Positions 1 to 28,535 of a stretch of DNA of 64,000 nt are shown piece after piece. Numbering within the stretch: position 1 is the stretch's first letter; the number at the start of each line of letters is the position of its first letter. Source of the DNA: the human T2T-CHM13v2.0 reference genome, Homo sapiens. The stretch is from NCBI RefSeq assembly GCF_009914755.1, contig NC_060927.1. One strand, written 5' to 3'. The notes beneath the pieces were generated by a model. It was given only the letters and a program-made list of their open reading frames with translations, made no database searches and was not told the origin of the DNA. A program made the position numbers and the translations under genes.

Positions 1-479
1 GGGAGGCTGAGGCGGGAGGATCAATTGAGCCCAGGAGCTCTAGACCACCACACCCATCCCCGTCTCTACAAAAAATACAAAAATCAGCCAGCGTTGTGTT
101 GCAAGCCTGTGGTCCTAGCCTCTTGGAGGGCTGAGGTGGGAGGATCCCTTGAGCTGGGGAGATGGAGGCTGCAGTGAGCTATAATCGCGCCACTCACTAC
201 ACTTCAGCTTGGGCGACAGAGCGAAACCCTGTTTCAGAAACATAAAAAGTATGACTGGCCATAATGGAGTTGTGAACATAATGCTATATGATCGCAGAGA
301 AGCAAGTAACTAATTGCTTGTGAGAACGTGACTAACTGCTGGTAAGTTTCTGAGATCTTTTAAAAATGAGGGTGTGTACATGTTTTCAGGATCTCCTGAG
401 GGCTGTGTCACGGACAGTAAAATATATTAAATAAAAAAGTTAATAGAATGTGATCAAGAGGGCCAGGCGAGATAGCTCA

Positions 480-1475
<996 letters not shown>

Positions 1476-1569
1476 GGCCGGGCGCAGTGGCTCACACCCG
1501 TAATCCCAACACTTTGGGAGGCCAAGGCAGGCAGATCATGAGGTCAGGAGATCGAGACCATCCTGGCTA

Positions 1570-1788
<219 letters not shown>

Positions 1789-1963
1789 TTAAGGCCTGGT
1801 GTGGTGGCCCACGCCTGTAATCCCAGCACTTTGGGAGGCTGAGGCAGGCGGATTACCTGAGGTCAGGAGTTAAAGACCAGCCTGACCAACATGGAGAAAC
1901 CCCATCTCTACTAAAAATACAAAATTAACCAGGTGTGGTGGTGCATCCCTATAATCCTAGCTA

Positions 1964-2167
<204 letters not shown>

Positions 2168-3006
2168 TCACCTGAGGTCAGGAGTTCAAGACCAGCCTGA
2201 CCAACATGGTGAAACCCTCTCTCTACAAAAATACAAAAATTAGGCCAAGCGCAGTGGCTCAGGCCTGTAATCCCAGCATTTTGGGAGGCCGAGGCGGGCT
2301 GATCACCCAAGATCAGGAGTTCAAGACCATCCTGGCCAACATGGCGAAACCCCATCTCTACTAAAAAATACAAAAAAATTAGCCAGGCATGGTGACAGGC
2401 ACCTGTAATCCCAGCTACTTGGTAGGGTGAGGCAGGAAGAGTTGCTTGAATCTGGGAGGTGGAGGTTGCAGTGAGCTGAGATTGCGCCACTGCACTCCAG
2501 CCTGGGCAACACAGCAAGACTCCATCTCAAAAAATATATAAAAATTACCCAGGCATGGTGGCATGCACCTGTAATCCCAGCTACTTGGGAGGCTGAGACA
2601 GGAGAATCAAAGAATTGCTTGAACCCAGGAGGCAAAGGCTGCAGTAAGCCGAGATCAGGCCACTGCACTCTAGCCTGGGCAACAGAGCGAGACTCCCACT
2701 CAAAAAAAAAAGTATATAAATAATTCATTTCCTCATCAAACTTTCCACTTATTTTTGTCACACAAACTCAGACCATTCCAAACTTGGCTAAGTACATATT
2801 TGTAAATTTTTCTCTCACAGTGAGAGATTTGGCTGCCATTATTCTCAATATGTTTATTTGTTTTGTTAGTTCTCCAAATATACCCAGTCTCCATGCTGAG
2901 TTACCCTCCTATGTAGGCACTCTCCAACCAACCTTCCCAACATCCCATGCTAGGCCACCCTTAATATGCTTAAACATGCCTTGCTCTCTGCAATCTAATG
3001 ACTTTA

Positions 3007-3664
<658 letters not shown>

Positions 3665-3975
3665 TCACTCTTGGCCATGCGCTGCGGCTTATGTCTGTAA
3701 TCCCAGCATTTATGGAGGTTGAGATGGGTGGATCCTTTGAGCCCAGCAGCTCCAGACCAACATGGGCATCATACTGAAAACCCATCTCTACAAAAAATAC
3801 AAAAATTAGCCACCAGGTGTGGTGGCACATGCCTGTGGTCCCAGATACTTGGGAGGACTGCTTGAGCCTGGGAGCTCCAGCCTGCAGTGAGCCATGATAG
3901 CGCCACTGCACTCCAGCTTGGGTAACAAAGGGAGACATATCCAAAAAATAAATCTATTGAAGTCTAAATACATAA

Positions 3976-4149
<174 letters not shown>

Positions 4150-4152
4150 TAG

Positions 4153-4392
<240 letters not shown>

Positions 4393-4662
4393 TAGTAGAG
4401 ACAGGGTTTCACCATGTTAGCCAGGATGGTCTCGATCTTTTGACCTCATGATCCTCCTGCCTCTGCCTCCCAAAGTGCTGGGATTACAAGCATGAGCCAC
4501 CGCTCCTGGCCCACTTTTGTATTTTTAGTAGAGACAGGGTTTCACCATGTTGGCCAGGCTGGTCTCGAACTCCTGACCTCGTGATCCACCCGCCTTGGCA
4601 TCCCAAGGTGCTAGGATTAGAGGCTTGAGCCATCATGTCCAGCTTTTTTTTTTTTTTTTTGA

Positions 4663-4884
<222 letters not shown>

Positions 4885-5013
4885 TGACCTGCCTCAGCCT
4901 CCTGAGGTCAGGAATTTGAGACCAGCATGGCCAACATGGTGAATCCCCATCTCTACTAAAAATACAAAAATTAGCTGGGCATGGTAGCAGGCGCCTGTAA
5001 TCCCAGCTACTCA

Positions 5014-5208
<195 letters not shown>

Positions 5209-5259
5209 TTAGGCGTTCGAGACCAGTCTGACCAACATAGTGAAACCCCGTCTGTACTA

Positions 5260-5698
<439 letters not shown>

Positions 5699-6148
5699 TA
5701 GTAGAGATGGGTTTCACCATGTTAACCAGGATGGTCTCAATTCCTGACCTTGTGATCTGCCCACCTCAGCCTCCCAAAGTGCTGGGATTACAGGCGTGAG
5801 CCACGTGCGCCCGGCCACACCTGGCTAATTTTTAAATTATTTGTAGAGACAAGGTGTCACTATGTTGCCCAGGCTAGTCTCAAACTCCTGGGCTCAAGTG
5901 ATCTTCCCACCTCAGCCTCTCAAAGTGCTGGGATTACAGTCTTGAGCCAAGGCACCCAACCTGTATTTCTGTTGGGATTTATTTTTCTGTTTTTTGGTAT
6001 TAGGGTGATACTGGCTCATAAATGAATTCGTTCCTGTTTTTGAAGAGTTTGTGAATAATTGGTATTAATTTTGCAAACATTTGGTAGAATTAAGTGGTAA
6101 AGCCAGCTAGACTAGGCTTTTCCTTGTGGGTAGGTTTTTTATTATTAA

Positions 6149-6433
<285 letters not shown>

Positions 6434-6476
6434 TGAACCACCACACCTGGCCTATTAATTCAATCTCTTGTTATAG

Positions 6477-6923
<447 letters not shown>

Positions 6924-7383
6924 TGATCCACCCGCCTCAGCCTCCCAAACTGCTGGGATTACAGGCATGAGCCACTGTGCCTGGCCAGGATGTCCTAGTT
7001 TTTGTTTTGTTTTTTTAGGCAGGGTCTCCATCTGTTACCCAGGCTGGAGTATGTGGCTCTATCACATCTCACTGCAGCTTCAACCTCCTGGACTCAAGCA
7101 GTCCTCCCACCTCAGCCTCCAGAGTAGCTGGGACTACAGGCTTGTGCCACCACACCCTGCTAATTTTTGTATTTTTAGTAGAGGCAGATGGGGTTTTGCT
7201 GTATTGCCCAGAATGGTTTCCAACTCCTGGGCTAAAACAATTTGCATGCCTTGGCCTCTCAAATTCCTGAGATTACAGGCATGAGTCGCCTCCAGGGTCC
7301 TAGATAGGCAAGTTAGAATAATTTCAGCATGCCCTGGGGCATAGGGGCTTTCCCTAGTCATCTCCTACCTGTCCCCAGGGTAG

Positions 7384-7771
<388 letters not shown>

Positions 7772-7871
7772 TTACTGGCAAGTCTTTTACTATTTCTAGG
7801 AGTTGACTAACCCGGGTGGGGGCAGTCCCTCCAGAATCAGCAAGGTCCCAAGATGTCAAAGCATCAAACTA

Positions 7872-10300
<2,429 letters not shown>

Positions 10301-10569
10301 AGCTGGCCATGGTGGCTGAGTCAGGAGGATCGCTTGAGCCCAGGATTTCAAGTCCAGCTTGGCCAGTGTGGCAAGATCCGTATCTAAAATTAAAGCATCA
10401 GGCCAGTGCAATGGCTCATGCCTGTAATCCCAGCACTTTGGGAGGCCAAGGAGGGTGTATCAATTGAGGTCAGGAGGTGGAGACCAGCCTAGACAACATG
10501 GAAAAACCCCATCTCTACAAAAAAGGTTACCTGCATGTGGTGGCACATGCCTGTAGTCCCAGCTCCTTA

Positions 10570-10719
<150 letters not shown>

Positions 10720-10863
10720 TTACCAGCCATTACAGACATTAGCTTTCTCAGTTTATGGTAAGTTTACCAAAAAGGTTTCTCAAAAACATAGGAAAGGCCA
10801 GGTGCGGTGGCCCATGCCTGTAATCCCAGCACTTTGGGAGGCTTAGGTGGGTGGATCATCTTA

Positions 10864-11165
<302 letters not shown>

Positions 11166-11168
11166 TCA

Positions 11169-11575
<407 letters not shown>

Positions 11576-11706
11576 AAAGGGCATGGTGGCTCATCCCTAT
11601 AATCCCAGCACTCTCGGAGGTTTAGGCAGGAGGATCACTTGAGACCATGAGTTTGAGACCAGCCTGGGCACCATAGTGAAACCCTGTCTCTACAAATAAT
11701 TTTTTA

Positions 11707-12117
<411 letters not shown>

Positions 12118-12143
12118 TCATGAGATCGAGACCATCCTGGCTA

Positions 12144-12575
<432 letters not shown>

Positions 12576-12588
12576 TCACTTGAGGTCA

Positions 12589-12827
<239 letters not shown>

Positions 12828-13086
12828 CTAGGATCAAGCAATTCTCGTGACACAGCCTTCACATAGCTAAGATCACAAGTGTGTACCACCATGACTGGCT
12901 ACTTTTTGTACTTTTACTAGAGATGGGGTTCGAGACCAGCCTGTCTCAAAAAAAAGAAAAATTAGTGGAGCATTGTGGTGGGCTTGAAGAATTGAGAATC
13001 ACTTGAACCGGGGAGAGGAAGGTTACAGTGAGCTAAGATCGTACCACTACACTTCAGCCTGGGTGACAGAGTGCGACTCCATCTCA

Positions 13087-13118
<32 letters not shown>
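13087..13118 (+). repeat. (AAT)n microsatellite in an Alu tail
   Basis: Read directly. Confidence 0.9.
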
Positions 13119-13722
13119 GAATAATGGCAAAATAAAAACATATAGGCCAGGCGCAGTGGCTCACGCCTGTAATCCCACCACTCTGGGAGGTTAAGGCAGG
13201 TGGATCACGACATCAGGAGTTCGAGACCAGACTGACCAACATGGTGAAACCCCGTCTCTACTAAAAATACAAAAAAATTAGCCGGGTGTGGTGGCGTGTG
13301 CCTGTAATCTCAGCTGCTCAGGAGACTGAGGCAGGAGAATCACTTTAACCCTGGAGGTGGAGGTTGCAGTGAGCCGAGATCGCACCAGTGCACTCTAGCC
13401 TGCGCTACAGAGAGAGACTCCTTCTGAAAAAAAAAAAAAAAAAAAAAGATGAACACTAATTAATCTTTGACAAATTAATGATGCGTGTTTAATTTTGGTG
13501 AACCACTAAGAGTAGAGCCATACTAGTAGAGTTAAAGAGAGGGACAGAGTAGTAGAGTTAAAAATAAAGGACAATAAAAGAGTGGGAAAGAACTAAAGCG
13601 ACGCCAGGCGCTGTGGCTCACGCCTGTAATCCCAGCACTTTGGGAGGCTGAGGCAGGCAGATCACCTGAGGTCAGGAGTTCGAGACTAGCCTGACCAACA
13701 TGGAGAAACGCCATCTCTACTA

Positions 13723-14405
<683 letters not shown>

Positions 14406-14408
14406 TCA

Positions 14409-14964
<556 letters not shown>

Positions 14965-15043
14965 TCAAAGACCCAATGTGAAAGGGACTGGCTTACTTGT
15001 CACTGGTTTATGTGTTGTGAGCAGAATAAGCACCCATGTTTAA

Positions 15044-15499
<456 letters not shown>

Positions 15500-15874
15500 T
15501 GATCCGCCCGCCTCGGCCTCCCAAAGCTGGGATTACAGGCATGAGTCACCGTGCCCGGGCACCTCAATTCTTTTTCTTTTTTTTTTTTTTGAGACGGAGC
15601 CTCGCTCTGCTGCCCAGGCTGGAATGCAGTGGTACAATCTCGGTTCACTGCAAGCTCCGCCTCCCGGGTTCACGCCATTCTCCTGCCTCTGTCACCGAGG
15701 CTGGAGTGCAGTGGCTCACTGCAAGCTCCGCCTCCCGGGTTCACGCCATTCTCCTGCCTCAGCCTCCCGAGTAGCTGGGACTACAGGCGCCCGCCACCAT
15801 GCCCGGCTAATTTTTTGTATTTTTAGTAGAGACAGGGTTTCACCGTGTTAGCCAAGATGGTCTCGATCTCCTGA

Positions 15875-16412
<538 letters not shown>

Positions 16413-16450
16413 TGATCTGCCCGCCTCTGCCTCCCAAAGTGCTGGGATTA

Positions 16451-16816
<366 letters not shown>

Positions 16817-16879
16817 TTATACACAAAATTTTAATACAATTTTCTCTAACAAAATCCTGAATTATTGAGTGTCTTTAGT

Positions 16880-17590
<711 letters not shown>

Positions 17591-18862
17591 ATTCTCTTTT
17601 ATTTTTACCTAAGATTTTAGTTCCATCTTTTATTTTTGCACAAAAAGTTATTTGAATAGTAAGTAGTAAATTGAAATTTTGCAATATATTTTACTAATAT
17701 CAGTGAATGGTGCTGTTTATTATATCCTATTCCTTTCTACTTGATTAATTTTTCTTCCTGCAAAGAATATTCTTTTTTCTTTCTTTCTTTCTTTTTTTTT
17801 TTTTTTTTTTGAGACGGAGTCTTGCTGTGTCACCCAGGCTGGAGTGCAGTGCAGTGGCACGATGTTGGCTCACTGCAACCTCCACCTCCTGGGGTCAAGC
17901 CATTCTGCTGCCTCATCCTCCTGAGTAGGTGAGACTACAGGCGCCCACCACCACGCCCGGCTAATTTTTTGTATTTTTAGTAGAGACGGGGTTTCACCAT
18001 GTTGGCCAGGCTGGGCTTGAACTGAGCTCAGGCAATCCACCTGCCTTGGCCTCCCAGAGTGCTGGGATTACAAGCATGAGCCACCAAGCCTGGCTGCAAA
18101 GTATATTCTTTAGTGGAACCATCTCTTATGTATTATATAACCAAAAATCTCTCTCTTTTTCCCACTCTAGAAAAATAGTTTCGCTGGGTATAGAATTATA
18201 AGTTGACAGTTATTTCTCCTTAGCAAATTGAAAACTGCTCTATTGTCTTCTGCTCCCTATTACTGTTGGGAAGAATGTTATCACATTGATTTCCACTGCA
18301 GATTTTGTGCCTGTCCTCTCTGGTAGATATTAAGATTTCTTTCTTTTTTTTTTTCCTCAGAGTCTAACTGTCACCTGGCTGGAATGCAGTGGCAATCTCG
18401 GCTCACTGCAACCTCTGCCTCCCAGGTTCAAGCGATTCTCCTGCCTCAGCCTCCTGAGTAGCTGGGACTACAGGTGCATGCCACCACACCCAGCTAATTT
18501 TCATATTTTTAGTAGAGATGGGGTTTCACCATGTTGGCCAGGATGTTCTCAATCTCTTGACCTTGTGATCCGCCCACCTTGGCCTCCCAAAATGCTGGGT
18601 TACAGGCATGGGCCACTGCACCCGGCCTAAGATTTCTTTTTCTTGTTTTGAGACAGTGTCTTACTCTGTCACCCAGGCTGGAGTGCAGTGGCATGATGGT
18701 GGCTCACTGTAGACTCGACCTTCCTCGGCTCAGGTGATCTTCCTACCTCAGTCTCCTGAGTAGCTGAGACCAAAGGTGCATGCCACCACGCCTGGCTAAT
18801 TTTTTATTTTTTGTAGAGACAAGGTTTCACTATGTTGCCCAGGCTGGTTTTGAAATCCTGGC

Positions 18863-18864
<2 letters not shown>

Positions 18865-18909
<45 letters not shown>

Positions 18910-18916
18910 GTGTGTG
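18865..18916 (+). repeat. (TG)n microsatellite with TA interruptions
   Basis: Read directly. Confidence 0.95.
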
Positions 18917-19215
18917 ACAAGGTCTTGCTCTGTCACCCACACTTAAATGCAGTGGCAAGATCATGGTTCACTGCAGCCTCTCCCTCCTGGGCTCAAAGTA
19001 TCTTCTCGTCTCACCCTCTCATGTAGCCAAGACTACAGGTGCATGCCACCATGTCCAGATGATTTTTTTCTTATTTCTTGTAGAGACAGGGTCTCACTCT
19101 GTTGCCCAGGCTAGTCTCTAACTCCTGGGCTCAAGTGATCCTCCCACCTCGTCCTCTCAAAGTGCTGGGATTACAGGTGTGAGCTACCGCATCCGGGCTC
19201 ATTCAGATTTTTTAA

Positions 19216-19356
<141 letters not shown>

Positions 19357-19738
19357 TAACATGGTGAAACCCCCATCTCTACTAAAAATACAAAAAGAAA
19401 ATTAGCTGGGCATGGTGGCAGTCACCTGTAGTCCCAGCTACTCGGGAGGCTGAGGCAGGAGAATGGCGTGAACCCGGGATGCATGCGGAGCCTGCAGTGA
19501 GCCGAGATCACGCCACTGCACTCCAGCCTGGGTGACAGAGTGAGACTCCGTCTCAAACAAACAAACAAACAAACAAAAACAGTAAGGGCTAAAAAACATC
19601 CCGGAAAGCTAAGCTTGGTGCCTCACACCTGTAATCCCAGCACTTTTGGAGACCAAGGGAGGAGAATCACTTGAGCCCAGGAGTTCAGGGCCAGCCCGGG
19701 CAACAAGGCAAAACCTCATCTTTACAAAAAATCAATCA

Positions 19739-19933
<195 letters not shown>

Positions 19934-20309
19934 TTAACATGAGACCCCAATCTCTACAAAAAAAAAAGAAAAGAAAAGAAAAAAAGCTAGCATGTATGTC
20001 TGTAGTCCTGTCTACTCGGGAGGCTGAGGCAAGATAATCCCTTGAGCGCAGGAGTTCAAGGCTGTAGTGAGTTATGATTGCACCATTGCACCCAAGCCTG
20101 GATGACAGAGTGAGATCCTGTTTCTTCTTTTTGAGATAGAGTCTGGCTCTGTCGCCCAGACTGCAGTGCAATGGTGCAATCTTGGCTCACTGCAAAACCT
20201 TCACCTTCTGGGTTCAAATGATTCTTGTGCCTCAATCTCCCAAGTAACTGGGACTACAGGCACGTACCACTACGCCCAGCTAATTTTGTTTATTTGTTTA
20301 TTTTTCTGA

Positions 20310-20414
<105 letters not shown>

Positions 20415-20992
20415 TGAGTAGCTGGGATTACGGGTGCCCGCCACCACACCCAGCTAGTTTTGTATTTTTAGTAGAGATGGGGTTTCTCCATGTTGGTCAG
20501 GCTGGTCTCAAACTCCCAGCCTCAGGTGATCCACCCGCTTCAGCCTCCCAAAGTGCTGGGATTACAGGTGTGAGCCACTGAGCCCGGCCGGGGAATTTTG
20601 TTTATTTTTAGTAGAGACAGGGTTTCACCATGTTGGCCAAGCTGGTCTCAAACTCCCAACCTCAGGTGATCCACCCGCCTCGGTCTCCCAAAGTGCTGAG
20701 ATTACAGGCAGATAACAGTGGAGTGAGATCCTGTTTCTAATAAAAAAGAAAACGAAAAAAAATCAGCCAGGCGCGGTGGCTCATGTCTGTAATCCCAGCA
20801 CTTTGGGAGGCCAAGGCGGGCGGATCACAAGGTCAGGAGTTCGAGACAGCCTGGCCAATATGGTGAAACCCAGGCCGGGCGCAGTGGCTCACACCTGTAA
20901 TTCCAGCACTTTGGGAGGCCGAGGCAGGCAGATCACCGGAGGTCGGGAGTTCGAGACTAGCCTGGCAACATGGAGAAACCCTGTCTCTACTA

Positions 20993-21368
<376 letters not shown>

Positions 21369-21529
21369 TTAATAAAAATTAATTCTGGGCCGGGCTCAGT
21401 GGCCTCACGCCTGTAATCCCAGCACTTTAGAAGGCCGAGGTGGGCGGATCACTAGGTCAGGAGTTCAAGACCAGCCTGGCCAACACCAACATGGTGAAAC
21501 CCCATCTCTAATAAAAATACAAAAAGTTA

Positions 21530-21709
<180 letters not shown>

Positions 21710-21822
21710 TTAAAAAAAACTCCTAAGACTGGGCACGGTGGCTCAGCCTGTAATTCCAGCACTTTGGGGTGGGTGGATCACCTAAGGTCAGGAGTTAAAG
21801 ACCAGCGGGGCCACCATAGTTA

Positions 21823-22152
<330 letters not shown>

Positions 22153-22319
22153 TTAGCCAGGCGTGGTGGCACATGCCTGTAATCCCAGCTACTCAGGGGG
22201 CTGAGGCAGGAGAATGGCGTGAACCAGGGAGGCGGGGCTTGCAGTGAGCCGAGATCACACCACTGCACTCCAGCCTGGGCGATAGAGCAAGACTCTGTCT
22301 CAAAAAGAAAAAAAAAAGA

Positions 22320-22590
22320 ATTTATCTATTGTTACTATTGTTAGGAATTTTGCAATAATACTAAGGATTTACTAGCTTTTGAAGGTATGATATTGGTTTT
22401 ATGGTTATGCTGAAAAAGTAGGAATCTTGTAGAGATGCACCCTGTTATATTTACAGATGAAGTGGTATGATTTTTTAAAATCTGTTGGGCATTAGGACAT
22501 GGGGACCTATAGATAAGGCAAGGTTGGCCTTCAGTTGATAATCCCTGAAGCTGGGTGATGGGTAATACGGGTGTTCATTATACTGTGAGG
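22320..22590 (+). mobile_element. L1MC/L1ME 3' end fragment
   Basis: ttgataatccctgaagctgggtgatgggta...gttcattatact. Confidence 0.65.
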
Positions 22591-23116
22591 AACTGTGTAG
22601 ATGCAGGTCTGGAATTTTACCCTACTTACAAGCTGTTAGTGAGCCTGCTACTATTTCTTCCATGCCGGTAGAAACAAGACTCCTGGGTCAGAGACAAAAC
22701 AAAACAAAACAAAACCGTAATCACAGCAAAAGGAGCAGCCAGGACAACATGGTAAAACCCATCTCTACAAAAAACACAAAAATTAGCCAGACCTGGTGCA
22801 TGCCCATAGTCTCTACTACTCCAGAGGCTGAGGTGAGAGGACTGCTTGAGCCCAGGAGGTCAAGGTTGCAGTGAGCTGAGATCCCACCACTGCATTCCAG
22901 CGTGGATGACAGAGAGAGACCTTCTCTCAAAAGAAAAAAAAATGCTGGGTGGGTGACTCACGCCTGTAATCTCAGCACTTTGGGAGACCGTGGTGGGCAG
23001 ATAGTTAGGGTCAGGAGTTTGAGACTAGCCTGGCCAACATGGTGAAACCCTGTCTCTACTAAAAATACAAAAATTAGCCAGGCATGGTGGCGGGCGCCTG
23101 TAATCCCAGCTACTCA

Positions 23117-23308
<192 letters not shown>

Positions 23309-23809
23309 TTAGCCCAGGAGCTTGAGGCTGCAGTGATCTATGATTGCGCCGCGCCGCTGCATTCTAGTCTGGGCGATGGAGCAAGACACTGTTTCAAAAA
23401 ATCCAAACAAAAAAACCCCAATATTTCCTTCAAATTTTTCCATGTCTGTACATTTGATCTAACTTGTTCTTTTTTTTTTTTTTTGAGACAGTCTCACTCT
23501 GTCACCCAAGTTGGAGTGCAGTGGCGTAATCTCCGCTCGTAGCAACCTCCGCCTCCTGGGTTCAAGCAATTCTCCTGCCTCAGCCTCCCAAGTAGCTGGG
23601 ATTACAGGCGCCCACCACCACGCCCAGCTAATTTTTATATTTTTAGTAGCGATGGGGTTTCACCACGTTGGCCAGGCTGGTCTCGAACTCTTCTTGACCT
23701 TAAGTGATCCGCCCGCCTCAGCCTCCCAGTGCCGGGATTCCAAGCGTGAGCCACCACACCTGTCCTAACTCATTCTTTTTGATTGCTGCATATTATTTCA
23801 TTAAATTGA

Positions 23810-24150
<341 letters not shown>

Positions 24151-24207
24151 TGAGACTACAGGTATGTACCACAATGCCTGGATAAATTTTTTCAATTTTT
24201 TGTATAG

Positions 24208-24879
<672 letters not shown>

Positions 24880-25322
24880 TGAACAGCTGGGATTACAGGC
24901 ATGTGCCACCACGCCCGGCTAATTTTTGTATTTTAGTAGAGACAGGGTTTCACCATGTTGGTCAGGCTGGTCTCGAACTCCTGATCTTGTGATTCGCCTG
25001 CCTTGGCTTCCCAAAGTGCTGGGATTACAGGCATGAGCCACCACGTCTGGCCGATCCTCCCATGTTATCCTCCTGAGCAGCTGGGACTACAGGCGCATGT
25101 CACCAAACCCAGCTACTTTTAGTATTTTTGTAGAGAGGAGTCTCACCTTGTTGCCCAGGCTGATCTCAAATTCCTGGGCTCAACTGACCTGCCCATCTCA
25201 GCCTCCTGAAGGGCTGGGATTTCAGGCTTGAGCCACTGTGCCTGTGGGAGATGTCTATTCAAGTATTTTGCCCCCTACTGGCCTACAGGAGCCTCTTTTG
25301 GAGTGCATCCACTTGGTCTTGA

Positions 25323-25517
<195 letters not shown>

Positions 25518-26350
25518 TAGTAGAGATGGGGTTTCTCCATGTTGGTCAGGCTGGTCTTGAACTCCTGACCTCAGGTGACCCGCCTGCCTGGGCCTCCAAA
25601 GTGCTGGGATTACAGGCATGAGCCACCACACCTGGCCTTAGGTCTTGATTTATTTGTGGCTGGGCATAGTGGGTCACACCTGTAATCTCAGGAGTTTGGG
25701 AGGCTGAAGTGGGAGGATCGCTTGAGGCCAGGAGTTTGAGGTCAACCTAGGGTATCATAGTGAGACCCTTTCTCTACAAAAAATAAAAAATTATCTGGGC
25801 GTGGTGGCATGTGCCTGTAGTCCCAGCTACTCAGGAAACTGAGGAGGGAGGATTAATTGAGCCTGGGAGGTTAAGGCTGCAATAAGCCATGATGGTGCCA
25901 CTGCACTCCAGCCTGGGTGACAGAGTGAGACCCTGTCTCAAAAAAAAAACAACAAAAAAAAGACATTTGCATGCTATTCTCATCCTCTCTACCAGACTAT
26001 AACTTTCTTTGGAGCAGGGACCACGACTTTATCACTTAACTTTCCCAACAACATTGCAAACATAATCTGAGTGAAGCTGAATCCATCATCTTTTCCAACT
26101 CTTGTGTCCCTTAATTATGTTAATAGTACATAATCCTTTCAGTCACTATGGTACAGATCTCAAAGTCATCTCTCCACACACTTGTGGCCTGGGCTCAGTC
26201 TGCTGCTCAACAGTCACCCCCCCTTTTTTTTCTTTCTTGCTTTTCTCACTGTTGAGTTAAATCTTTCATTCTCTCTCGGGATCTAATTAGCATGCTAGTT
26301 TCTATTTTCCCAGCTGATTCAACCCTTTCACTTCCAGAGGAAGCTTTCTA

Positions 26351-27140
<790 letters not shown>

Positions 27141-27225
27141 TGTTCCACCCCCACACCCCGGTCTTCTAGCCAATGTAGAGAGAAAGAAAAGAGATACATG
27201 TTGAACTGTTTGCACACAAAAGTGA

Positions 27226-27605
<380 letters not shown>

Positions 27606-28222
27606 TGACCCAGCTTCAGAGCTACGCCACTGCGTTGTTTCCTTTTGAAGCTGAATTCCACTGAACCTATACTTGAACCTTATCTAGAGGACTACAGCGT
27701 GTAATTGGGACAATCCCCTTTCTCATTCCTAAGAGGTGATGTGGCCGGGCGGACCTCCAGATTTCCAGCAACTATGACTGGCACTCTCCCCGCGACCAGC
27801 AAGTGCCACCTTGTCCTTTGCCTAACGTTGTACAGTTTACGAAATCAACGAACCAACACGTTGATTTCATCTTCCCTGCAAACTGGGGAGACAAGACAAA
27901 AATGCTCACCTCCCTAAAAAAACAGATTAGAGGGGAGATGGGGAAGAGAAGAGGCGTGGCTACGAGCTGTGGCGGGGAAGGCGGGTGGAATCCCGGAGCC
28001 CGAGCTGGAAACCGTTCCCCGCTCAGCCATGACCCGGGCTGTTTATTCGCATCAGGAGGCGCGGGTGGCTCGCAGAGGGCGAGAAGACCCTTCCCGCTTT
28101 CACACTGCAGGCAGCTAAGTCGCCGAGAAAGGCAGCAACTTGACGCCCGACCCCGCCACCCAAACCCGCTCGCTCTGCGACCCCAGAGCAGCCGGCGCCA
28201 ACCCGTCCCCTTCGCGACTCCG

Positions 28223-28236
28223 CCGGAAGTCCCGCC
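28223..28236 (+). promoter_or_regulatory. ETS (GABPA/ELK-type) site abutting a GC box
   Basis: CCGGAAGT followed by CCCGCC; inverted copy at 28406-28418. Confidence 0.7.
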
Positions 28237-28449
28237 TGCACCGCCGCCGCGCCCCATTGGGCCGGGTGCTGGGGCATCCCGGGCGCTGGGTGCCCCGAGC
28301 GGCTACGACGAGTCCCAGGTGGGGCCGGGCTCCAGGCCCGCGGGGGAGCGGAGCCGTGCGCCGCAGGCGGGCTCCGTGACGCCGGGTGGGGAACGCCGGG
28401 CCGGTGGCGGGACTTCCGCCACGGGACTCGGAAGGGGCCGCGCCGCCGC

Positions 28450-28467
28450 TGCTGGGAGTTGTAGTCC
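28450..28467 (-). promoter_or_regulatory. ZNF143/THAP11 (SBS) motif
   Basis: tgctgggagttgtagtcc; its reverse complement GGACTACAACTCCCAGCA matches the ACTACAnnTCCCAG promoter element. Confidence 0.8.
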
Positions 28468-28535
28468 GGCCGTGGTTGGGGGAGCCGCGGCTCATGCGCG
28501 GTGCACAGAGGCTTGTTTCACATCTGTAACAACAG
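28461..28535 (+). other. DHX30: DHX30 exon 1 (5' UTR); start approximate
   Basis: Donor CAG|gtgaat at 28535/28536 inside the CpG island. The TSS cannot be fixed from sequence alone. Confidence 0.7.

Noticed and set aside
378-413. MER4-family LTR-like snippet (caggatctcctgagggctgtgtcacgg)
   Set aside because: Only about 35 bp, too short to call confidently.
22590-22740. Probable ancient ERV LTR fragment
   Set aside because: Looks LTR-like but I cannot name the family or set its limits.
27611-27653. Inverted repeat cagcttca...tgaagctg
   Set aside because: An 8-bp stem is expected by chance in 64 kb; no tRNA or miRNA features.
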